A stretch of DNA of 46,462 bases, filler included, from Catajapyx aquilonaris (lineage: Eukaryota): NCBI GenBank assembly GCA_000934665.2. It is 2 parts of 2 records of this genome, joined end to end, with 100 filler letters (N's around TTAATTAATTAA, not from the genome) between each part and the next. Parts side by side here need not be neighbours in the genome. Positions count along the whole stretch, not along the records: positions 23,299 to 46,462 come from KZ539405.1; 1 more part is not named here. The stretch is one strand, 5' to 3'. The translations under genes and the position numbers were made by a program. The notes under the pieces were generated by a model. That model searched no databases. It was not told where the DNA came from and worked only from the letters and a program-made list of their open reading frames with translations. Shown piece after piece: positions 30,101-42,366 of this stretch; positions within the stretch are counted from its first letter, which is position 1; every line of letters begins with the position of its first letter.

Positions 30101-33100
30101 TTGGAGGAAGAAGAGGCTGAGGAAGTGCTTCCACAGTTGCCAGCTGACACTGATGGAGATACCAGGATGGTTGAACGTACCAAGGCACAGCATGCCAAGG
30201 GTAAATGTATTGTACTGTACTGTCAAGCATTATTTGAAATAGGAAGATGGCATGTAGTAGTGGTCAGAATATTGGAGACATCCAGGTTTTTCCTGCTGCA
30301 CCCAACACACCCAAAGCTCTAATCTCACCCACTTCAAATTAGCACCCTTTATGAACCTTCCTGACCAAGCTTATACCAAATCCACCCTCACTAGCTCATT
30401 CACACTATGGATTTGCCTAGTTTTGGCCCATCTGTATAAATGAAATGTCAAGAAAAATATCCAATTTTATCATTATCATATCCATAATGTGTAATCAGAG
30501 GTAATCACTGCCTTAATTTAATATGACTGGGCCTTAGTGACAAATTATGCATTTCCATTGCTGGCCACAGTTTACATTCCTGACTTATGACATATGGTTG
30601 GTGGTAAGAGCCTTAAAGGTAATACTAGGAGAGTAAATGGTGGCATCTGCTTCAAAAGCAGGGCGAAGGGTCAGTTATTCTGACAAAACTGTAACAAGTT
30701 CACTATGATTAACCCAATATTTGACTGGATTTACCTAGATGCCACCTCTTAAACACACAAAATTCACCCATCTGTCCAACCACTCGGCCAGAGATATAGC
30801 TCATCTATTTTGTTTGAAAGAAACATGTTCGTTAAGTTATTAATAATCAAATGCACGTAATTTTGATTACATTCAGTAACCCTCCCTTTTCCAGAGGTAT
30901 CAGAGGAGGTTTCATCTGACATTGTCCTCGAGATAGAACATGTCCCAGGGCGTTGTTACTGCCTGGACTGTGTCTGCATGGGGAGGAAGTCTGAGGAGCT
31001 GATGAAGAAACACACACTGTCCCCAATGGCCTACCTTGGCAAGAAATGCAAGGACTCACTTACCATGGGTGGGAGTGTGGATGACGATGTCTTAGCTGAA
31101 CTTGTGCAGTATGAGCTGTGGTCAGTCATTTATATGAACAAACTGAGATATTATTAATATGCACTGATTTTTTAGAGCCTCACTAACCATATCACTGTTG
31201 GTGGGAATGATACAAGGATGTGTTTTAAAATTCTTTCCTGTCAAGTAGATACAAGTCTTATTAAGCTACCTTCAGAAAGAGAAACAATGCTTTATCAACT
31301 CAGCTTGGTAAGGTTTTGAAATATCTACAAAAAATATTTTGATAGTACTTCTATTACAGGCCCCTGTCTCTTCCAGCCTAGCCCTGAGTTGACGGTACTA
31401 GTTTAATATAAAAGTCTCTGCCATGAGGGGAATTTGGCACTGGCACTTCCCCACAGAAATCTACTGGGGGCTTGGTTCGGGTTGGCTGCCTTTGGAACCA
31501 ACGCAAACCATCCTTTCCTCGGAGGGTGTTTGCAGACTAGGATTTGGGTGGCTGGCAGTGGTAGATTCCTGTGGGGGCGCACCAGCACCAAATTCCAGGT
31601 CTGGGGGAGACTTTTATATTAAACTACCATATCGTAGGAGTGACATGGGGCTGGTATATTGCATACGTCCATGTAAATATAATTATAAAAGTGTGCCTGT
31701 TTGGCTTGCTATGAGGGGTGTCCGGAAAGTAAAGTAAACATTTTTTTATCTTGGATGATTTTAATGCCAGAAGCACACAACTTACACATATTGAAGATAT
31801 GGTGAATGCCTCCATGAGTTTCTTCACAGAAGATCTGGTCTTGACATTTTTTGGCTGGAGAGTGGAAGGATTCTTCCAAACCATAAAAACCATCTTGGTG
31901 TCTAGTGTGACATTGTGCTCCCAAAGAATGGTGCTTTGATGCAGGTGAGAACACCTTGGGCTACTCTCACTTCTTCCTTTTAGGCCTCCTGAAACGTCAC
32001 CTGACAAGAAGACGATTTGCTATTGACGAGGAGATGAAGTTAGAGGTTATTGTCTGGATACCTTAGCTTGATCCAAAATTTTAGGTGGGGGGTATAGAAC
32101 ACTTGGGGTAATGGTCGGACAAGGGCTTTAACTGACTCAGGGATTATACCTAGTAATGACATTCATCATAATTATCTTCAATATGTGTAAGTTGTGTGAT
32201 TCTGTCATTAAAACGTTCTAAGATAAAAAATGTTTTACCTTACTTTCTGGACACCCCTCATATGAAGTAGGGTAAGCTGTTTCAGAATAAATAGGAAAGA
32301 GCTATCATTGTTTCTTAAAAAAATAGCTGATCAAATATGTCGTACACCTACATCACACATAATGATTACATTGGAACCCCGATTGGATTATCCCCGATTG
32401 GATTATCCGACCCCTTGGTTTATCCGACCGTCCCACTCCAGCAATAAATCTATGTTTTCTCGTCAAATACTGTAATGTATGCCTTCTAAGCATTTTGTTT
32501 TGTATTGCATTAGTTAAACTTCAAACAGTAGAGTGTTTATGTATGTATGTCTTAGAAAACCATTATATTGTGCATTATTTCATGCTTTTAATGTTTTTTG
32601 TTGTGGTTCATAAAAGTTTTTTTTGCTCCACGGATGATTAATATTATCAGACCTTACTTTCTTGTTATCCAACCATCCCCCGTCCTACGGGTGACGGATA
32701 ATCGGGGTTCTACTGTTCTGTCAGTAAGTGAAAGTTGAGCTGGTCTGTTTAGTAGATCGAAAGGTGGAACCCTGTTTTTATGCTATATACGTAGTGCCAA
32801 TTTTTCAGAGCATCAATGAATAATACTCTCTCCATTTTCTCTTTTTACCAGCAACGTTCCGGAAACCTGCACAGTGGTGATGGGTGATTTCCCGTTGACC
32901 TTGCGACAAGTTGTAAACCTGGAGCAAACTTTGACTCATCACACTCCTGAAGTGGAAGACTTTGCTGATAGTATTGACATAGTATTGAGTGCTGTTAATG
33001 TGGAAGAAGAAAAAAAGTATCTAGTTGACAGAGTCAGGCCCACTGACTGCACTGCAGATGATGGTCAGTCTTACAAGCTCGTCTAGAAAGATTTTTAAAT

Positions 33101-36100
33101 GGAATATCCAACTCCTGGTTTCCCATGTGCTCATTAACTCTGCACCTAGTGATAAGTACATACCTCCACTGAAAGTGAGAGGAGCTTTCTCATTTGTGAC
33201 ACTTCATTCAGAAAGATCTGAGAGTCTGTTAATCCATATCCACCTTTTACTGTACCTGTAAGCTGTGTAAATTTTGAAATGACTGTAAAGTGTAACTCAA
33301 CTAAATTTGACACTGTTGTAGATAAAGTCCGTTAAACCAAAGAACAATCTGGAATCATGCTCAGCCCCGCCTCCACCTGGCTCTTCTCTCCTGTCATGTT
33401 CTCGAATCGCTCTGCAAGCATACTACTGGGCATGCTCAGAAAACACAACTGGTATGATGTCAAATCGTTCTTTGGCTTAACGGACTGTATTTCATTGGCA
33501 CACAAAAATCTAGATATGTGTTGCTCTTCTGATCTCCAGTGTCCAGGTACTCAGTTGTATTGCACTTTTACTGCAGTGCATGGGAACAGTGGGTGATATG
33601 TTACATCCCGCTGCAGAGTTCAAGCTGTGGCCTTGACATAACTAAACATTTTGCTATCACTTGTACTATTTTTAGTTATAAGTCAAGGCCACAGACTTGA
33701 ACTCTGTAGTGGGGTTTAACATATCACCCACTCTTCCCATGCACTGCAGTAAAATCAGCCTTATTTTCAGATGATGAAAAGCAATTGACAGTTTTTCTCC
33801 ACTGCAGATCCAGATGAATACAAACTCCCAACATCTGTCCTGGCACCCAATTATGATTTGGAACCACCTACTCCACCCTTTGCAAGTTTTTTCACTCATG
33901 TCATACGTGTTGCTCTGGATGATGTGAAAGTAAAGGCTAAGGAAACCCGCAAGCCATCAAAAAAGGGGAAGGGGGTAAGTGAATTTAAAAGACAATTACC
34001 AACATAAGTAGTGGCATACTCTGCATTTAAGTACAGTAAAACTTCCCTAAGTCGAAGTTCTCTATAAGTCGAAGAAAATTATGAGGTTGGTTGGTCACAA
34101 TGTAAAATAATAGGAAATAAACTTCCCTAACCCAAATTTCTATAACTCGAAGTGCAGGCAGGGCCTTATGGTGGGATATCAATGCATTTTTAGTCTCCCT
34201 AAGTCGAAGTTCATGTTGGCGAGTACGAAAAATTATCTCTTTTCCCAGCCGAAGGGTTGAGAGTAGGCCACATGTACAGAAAGGCTCAATTTCCTAATCT
34301 CCGTCTACCAGATGTACCGAAAGAAGTGTTTAACTCGATTGTGACAATTGAATCATTGAATCTAATAATATAATTATGTCCACAACGGAGATTTTTTTAA
34401 CAACACAACAACGAGGAACATTGTAAGTGTGATAGTGACAGTTATTTTAAAGTTTTGAACACCTTTCGTCGCTGGATATAAAGGTATGCTTCCTTATACA
34501 GGGTGTATCAAAACTCTACCATAAGCCATGTACCAATGGCATAAGGGGCACCAGAGCATCATTATATGTAGAGGGGTCATCATCTCTAGGCCGCCTCATT
34601 ACGGAGATAATTGCCTTCAAACACGTAGTACAAAGTATCCTGGGAGGTATGGAAACCTTCAGCCCCGACATCGCATCACTCGTGAAAATAGCAGCTTTTC
34701 CATTTATCTACTAGCATGTCGCATGTGTACTGCATGTCGCATGTGATCTGTGACCATTTGTGACAATCTGTGACAATCTGTGACAATCACTCTTAGGCCC
34801 AATTGCTAAAACGCAAATGATCAATTATCTCAGTAATGAGGCTGCCCAGACATAATGACTCCTCTACATTAATTGATCCCCTGGTGCCCATTAAGCCATT
34901 GGCATATGGCTTATGGTGGAGTTTTGATACACCCTGTAGAGTTCTGTGCTTTAAAAAATCCAAACTTCTCTAACTCGAATCTTCTATAACTCAAATTTTT
35001 TTTCCGGTCCCATGGAGATTCGACTTATAGAAGTTTTACTACATTTTAACTGAATGTCTTTATAATGACAATATTATTGTAATGAAAGAAGTTCAATCAA
35101 CATCAGAATAGTGTTGAAATGATATCACTGGAATATACCTTATTTTCCATTCTGTAACTATCGCGTTCCATTCGAAAGTAATATTTCAAAATGGTATACC
35201 TACTTTTGGAAAGCCCTGTACTTTCATTTGAAAAATTTAATACTGGGTACCTATGGGATTCATGTCTTCAGTCCAGAGCTTATTGACACTTGCCACATAC
35301 ATTATAATTATATTCAGAAAAGCAAGACACCTGCTGAGCCAGCCCCAAGTGACATGACAGTAACACCAGATACCCTTACACCAGAAGAACTGGAAAAAAA
35401 GCTGGAAACACTTACCTTCCCTTCATCCCCTGTCCTGGATTTCTACAAGAGCATGGGCCTGATGAAAGACACCTATGTTCTCAAGGGTCCACATTCTGCC
35501 CTAAAAGCTGAAAAGTTAGGATGGTAGGTATTTGCTTTGTTGATACATGCCATCATAACCAATGTTATGCCTGTGATAGGATCTTTTTGCCCTGCTGGCT
35601 CTTTCATAGTAACGTTTCACCTATTGGTTATTTAATTTAATTTTCTTCTTTGCCCGCAAAGTGATCCTCACTGCTCATTTGTTTGGCATCAATAGTAATT
35701 ACAGTTGCCCTCTAATTAAATTCTATGATTCTGTAATATTACTTGCGAGAACCATTATGAGTATAGTGGATGTTTAATGAACTGATTTTAGTAAAGAAAT
35801 AATTTTGAAAGGTTCTGCCTGTTGATGCCCATGCTGGTTGCCAATGCCAATGTCCCAGAGAAAGTTGATCAGGAGCCACCAAAGGAGGAACATCCTCAGG
35901 TGTCCTTGAAGGGAGTAGATCGGAGGTCTGGAATTCTTGTTTTATGATCATTTGAGATATGCCACTCGAAAATTCTTTACTGCCAACATCCTGCACTTGT
36001 TCCTTAATATCTCCAATTACCAGAGCAGGGTCATGTCGAGTTGGCATTAGGCCAAGTGAACCTGTTATGGAAAGTTATTTCAACAACTGCAAATAATTTT

Positions 36101-39100
36101 AAAGAAGCATATCGGATAGACCTAACATCCATATTACTAGCATGCAATTGGAGAAACAGATGGAAAAAATTTATTTATGTTGAAGTCAGACAATTTTAAG
36201 TGATGTTCTGTGATTTCTGTATTCTTACTTATGATCCAAAATTAATATGACAGACCAGCTAGCATGAAGAAGGTATCATCACACAAGAATGTGAGCGTGG
36301 AAGAGCAAGCGTTTACAGAGGCTCCACAACCTGGGGATCCAGGCTTCATCTATGTAGACAAGAACCTTACTGAAGATGTAGTTCAGGTTTGTATCACCAT
36401 ATTCTTGAACTTGTATGTTATCTTGCACATAACCTTTCATATCCGCTCTAAGGAAATTGTGCAAATACCATTCTGCCACCTGTCAAATACTCTAACAGAG
36501 AATGATATAACATCATTCTCATTTGTTTTTAAATCAATTGCTTGATTTGATAGAAAAAGAAAAGTTTCTGAAATATCACTGAACTCTTCTGGTAAAAATC
36601 AGTGCTGAGTTCCTCTTCTTAAACCCAATGTTTTAGGATAGTTTAATTTAATTATTGATTTGATAATTTTCTAGCTCATGTCCAGTTCCTGGGAGAATTT
36701 GGAGCGAAACTACATGCGTGCCATGAAAGGCCTGTTTTTCTCCTTGCGTGTGCATGTGGATAGCGTGGCCAAATATCTTTACACCACTCGTCAGAAGTAT
36801 ATGGCATACCTAAGGGCTCCTGACAAGAAACAGGACTTGTTGAACACTTTTCAGGAAGAGTTTGCAAACATCCCAGCAGATATGAGAGGTGACTCAGAAG
36901 TGAAGGCAGAATGGCACATGAGAATTAAGACACTAGTGGATAACCTCTGCAGTGAGATAGAGCAAGGAAAGGGTGATGCTGAGAAAGAGAGAAGTGGCAT
37001 TATGGAGCATGGATGGTTCATAGATGAATTTGGCATAATAACCAATATCTTCCTGACCATGCTGCAGGTTACTATTCCTATTTTTTAAAACAAATTTTTA
37101 AATATATGCGATGAGCACTCTAAGTACAATCTGTGAGTTGTTCCCTGAAGTGCATTGCCTTACCGTGTGAGGTTACTTGCAGTCCTCGCTATGTTTCATG
37201 TTCTGTATGTTATAAATATATCTACCGTTTATTGGGGTTGCGTTCAAGTACGGATTTCTTTCCTGTTTTTTGTCAAGTATATAGCATTATGATGAATTAC
37301 TACCACATCATACAGTAACATGTAGTATTATGGTATTACATTGCATGAGAAAATGTTCATAATGAAATGCATTGATAAATTATGTTAAGGAGGATGGCAT
37401 TTGAAGTCATAAATTTTTAAACGCCACAATGTGTTTGCTATTTTAATGATGTCCAGAATTGATGGGACAGTAACAGAATCACAATGGTGACCGGAAGATA
37501 TAACATAGTGTTGATGACAATGACTTTTCTTCTGGGTTTTTCAGGTGGAGAGTGATCGCTACTATGACACCATCCAGATCCTTCACGATTACTTCAGTTC
37601 TAGCATTGAACTTGAGCCTGGGTTAGTTCGTACTGAACCAGCCACAATTAATCAATTGGATAAGATGATTCGGGGTCATGCCCGTACATCCACTGGATCC
37701 AGTCCCTCCAGTGGAAATCGGAAGTCATCCCAACAGGAAGGGCGGTCAGGGCCCCACAGGCATTCCAGAGGTGGATCAGTGTCAGTAGTGGGTCCAGAAT
37801 ACACTGTTATGACTTCCCAGTTCAAAGAGGCTATCCATGAAGCTACAGAGCAGTCATTTCGCTGTCAGAGGACACTGGTGGTTGAAGAGGTTGAAATTTT
37901 AAAGAAGCTTGTGCCCTTCAGTCTTGTAGAAAAACGAAGTAAGGAGGAGGCTTTAAAGGGTGGAGAGAAGGGTGCCAAGGGTGGGCCTGGATCAACTGGA
38001 GCAGGGGGTGCTAGAAGGGGATCCACAAAGGGAAAGAATGGTTCAATCGATGACACTACAGAAGCAGGAAAGGAGAGGATCAACCTCGGAATTCAATGGG
38101 ATTCTGCCATTAATTTTGAAAGTATGTATTTGTGAGTGTTTACATTCTCTTGTACATGTTAAGGTGTGTCTTAAATGAAGAATGAGGTGAGGAGTTAGAA
38201 AAGTACTGAATTATGATTTTATTTGAAGGCTATGTAGACTTGTCATCTCACTCTGGGTAGTTTAACCACTTGTCTGGGGTCTGAGATTTCCTTTCCATCA
38301 TGGGAAGTTTCACTTCATGTTCACCTGAAGATAATTATGTGAATATAAAAGTGAGTTACATTGCTGTATTAAACTGTTTCAATTATTTCAGCTGACCGAT
38401 TTGTGTATATGCTGAACCTGATTAGGCATAAAGCATACTTGGAAATGGACAAAATACAGAAAGACATGTCAGCGATGTTCATGGACATGTATGAGGAGCT
38501 GGGAGGAAGATACAAGAGAGACATGAATTGGTGAGGAAATGTTTTGTAACAGGATCTTGTGGAGCTTAGACTACTAACTGTAGTCTCAGTTACTTTCTAT
38601 TTCTTGCACACTCTTCATGTTGGAATGGCATTCCAAAATTCATGTCTATATTTCTATGCTCTTTCACCCTGTTCCATTTTTCTCAACAGTGTTGAGCGCT
38701 TGACACACTTATTCCAGTACGCCACTGAGAAAGAAGTTTGCCTGCAGGGATGGGTAGTCCTAGAGCGCGGTGACTTCTACTTAACCCCTGGAGATGATTT
38801 GGCTTCATGTGGTCCTGTTGACTTCAGTGTTGATGACCGTCATCCAGTTCATGATGACATGTTCTCAGTCAAGCAGTTAGCTATTCTGACCAGCAAGTTT
38901 CTGCAAGCAGCACCACATGGGCTAGTCCCCCTGACAGCATTTGTGTATATGATGCAGGACCTGTCATTATTGGCCAAGATGATGGATGAAGAGTACCATG
39001 AGGTGGCCCTCCTTCCAACATCATGGCTTGGGATGCTTCCTGATATAATGGAGCAGTTTATTCTCCGAGCTCTGGGAAATCCACACTTAGTCAACTGGAG

Positions 39101-42100
39101 GGAATTCATCATTGGTTTGTTGGAAATTTTCTATTCCGCTGATTTTTTTTTTCTTTCATCTTAGTTTTTGTGGAGAACTGTCACTGTCAAGAGTAGTAAA
39201 CTTTCAGGGAACTGCTGCTGTTGTAATCATGCAAGAGGCCCAAAAGTTGCAAAGAATGTCAGACCATACTAAACTTGACAAATCTTAAAGTTTTCAAGTT
39301 TACAATATTGCTTTATTTTGTTAATGCAAAGGTACCAAATAAGTGTCAATAATCAATAACTTATCTAGTCAACCTCTTGGGTCCCAGTTGCCTGGCACAT
39401 GGGAGAAAAGAGCCCTGGAGCCACTGTAATGGGGAAGTAGCCTTGGTCTGGGATTTTGGATTTTTGTTCATAACTAGCTAGCCCATGCCTGTAAACATAC
39501 ATTCCACCACTCTGTTGCATCAAAATGACATTACAGGATAAATTACGGCACATTTAAAAGTGCCTTCAAAATTGGCGGGAAAAACGCCGCAGCCAATCGA
39601 AAGGGTACACTGAAATGCCTGGTTGACTGCGAGATATGAGGAATTTGACTTTGAATTAACCGCGGACACGACGGAAAGCATTCGCCAGGCGGCTGTAGGC
39701 CATCGAGGTGGAGAAAAGGGGCCTTCATGTGCCGAATTCGAGTGACAGATAATTCCTACCAGTTGGCACCACTGTCAGCACAGGAGCGGCTTGAGCGACC
39801 TGGAATAAATACGCGCCCCGGCCGCTATCTTGCTCACGGAATGGGACGGTTGCTAACAGCAGCGAAGCATTTTACAACAATGACGGGGCGCGTTCTATAA
39901 CACCATTTTTGCGTTCATTTCACTTCGCGTGACGTCAACATTTTCTAGGGAAACAGTGACGTCACCATTTCCCTACATAAAAACCCCAATTACTCCGGAA
40001 CGGAAACTGATATCTTAAAATGGAATATGCCAAAAAAATCCAAAAAATATGGGCGAATTTATTATGTAGTTTCCAAAATGAAGGCTACTTCCCCATTCTG
40101 CTTCCTAATTTATAGTTGTGAGGAGCAAGTAGAAATCTCAAATTGCTTAATCTATGCCTTATGCTCTTTCCTGTCCACCTATTCAGCCAACATGGACATC
40201 CCGTACCCATCCCAAATAGATCTTTTGCGTCTGGCTCTACAGATGAATGACTCTGCAGAGACTCCGGACTCCCGCCTTGTGACGAAGGATAATTACGACC
40301 TTATTAACTTGTGGTTTCCACATCATGATCTCTGCCATCCAGACCACATCCGTCTATCCCAGATCAAAGAACTAATCTTTTACATGTTTGAAACTGTTGA
40401 TAACAAGGTGGACTATGAGACCATGCTGTTGCATTTCTGCAAGGATTATGATGCTGTGGATGGTGTTGGTAAAGCTCTGGCCCTCTTGTCTGGACTCTAC
40501 CTGTATGCAGGTAAATGTGAACCTCATTCTGCTGTGCTGAAAATTACTTTCATCATTTTGCCAATGGGAAGATCAAGTTATTAACCTCCACTCTCAGAAT
40601 ATTGCCTGAAGAACTTGCACACCAAAACTAGTACACGTGATCAGAGTGGTATGGTACAATTAAATGGTAGAATTTTCAGTACAACTGAGGCTTGGCATTG
40701 ACATACATTTATGATACTGCTGTGTGTTTTCAAAATGTTTACATTTATTTGTGCGTAATATTTTACCTTTGTTATAATAATTTCATGTTCAAGTTTTATG
40801 ATTTCATAACTATTTGGAGGAATGCATCTTTTTTATGTTGAAATTAAGTGGCTTTAACTTGGAGTTTGTGAAGCCTTGTTGTTAAGGATACATACTTGCT
40901 TCATGAGCAGGAGTGCCTGAAGTAATGTCAGCTGGCACAGAGGCTACTGCAGAAGAAAAGGAGGAGGAAGAACTTATGAGGCTGCAGTTAGAGAAGGAAG
41001 GAGAAGTTAATCAAGAGGAGGATGCGAACGTGGAAGAGAAGCTCTCCATCCATTCTCTTTCTGGGAGTGATGATAGTTCTCGTATTGACACAAGGAAATC
41101 TTCAAAGCTTTCTAAGCAACCTTCCCGTGCTCTTAGCAAAAGAGTCTCATCAATGGCGACTGTTGATCTTGTCACTGTTAAGCCTAACGAAGGAGGGAAA
41201 ACCCCATTCAACACACCTGCAAGTAGGGTAAGCCATGCCAATATTTTTATTCACATGCACTTTTAGGATTGGAGTGGTGCAGAATGTCATGGTGCAGGTC
41301 TGCAGGTGGCACAACATGGATGAATGGACTGTTTGGGCAAGGTGTTGCCACTGCATCACTCTGCCTCCTTCATATACTAACATAGTCATGGGTATGAAGG
41401 AAAGGGACAACAGTCTGAAATCATCATGTTGGCCATGGGATCTCTCCATATCCTGGTGGTTTTTTGCCCCTTCTACTTAAGAGGGATTGCACACCACTGT
41501 AGTCGCTGATAGATGTGCGAAGTATGTAGATAAATTGCATGTCAGGCTTAAGAGGGATTCTGTTGCCTGTGCTGCATTTCATTAATCTATCCAATATATT
41601 GCATAATTATGTGATGAGTAATTGACCAAATTTGATCCAGGCCACTAGCTCTTTGATGTCACTTCTCTTCTGTGTAGACAAATCATCTTAACTATAATAC
41701 ATATACAATACAGTGTATACTTTTTAAATACCACATGTTGTTTCTTACAACCGTCCTCTACTGATAATGACCAACGTTGAGGATATGTGATGATTGCATG
41801 GAATTTGTTCAGGGCAATTTAATGTGCTGTTGTCAGGGGCCTTTCAGAAGTGTTGTGGTAATGGATTTATGTAATAGAGGCACTTTAGGTTCATTATTAG
41901 TAGTTACCTAACTTGTTGACCACTGACAAATAGGCAATGGAATCTTTTCAGGATTCACATTACATATACCCATCACTGAGAGTGAGTGAACTTTTGAGGA
42001 GGTTGGAAACTGCCTGCAGGTCAGTAATCCTGGTTCATGTCCTCTGTAATTTTTTCCAATTTTTTATTGGTGTTAATATTGTATTAACATTTTATAATCA

Positions 42101-42286
42101 GGTGTTATGAGCCAGAAAAGGGCGACCTTGAGGAACTGATTCCTCAACAGCTGTACTCAGTGGCCTTTGACGTAATCCTGTATTTGCTGACCTTCAATCG
42201 TGACTGGAACAGAGCAAATGCGAATCTCCAAGATGATCAAGAAAATCTGCCGGAAGAGCTGGGCAAGATCAAGGTTCTCATTACAC

Positions 42287-42366
<80 letters not shown>

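Noticed and set aside
41267..41320. Possible extra SPEF2 exon after a TTTTAG acceptor
   Set aside because: Would need a 39-nt intron, and the model is in phase without it
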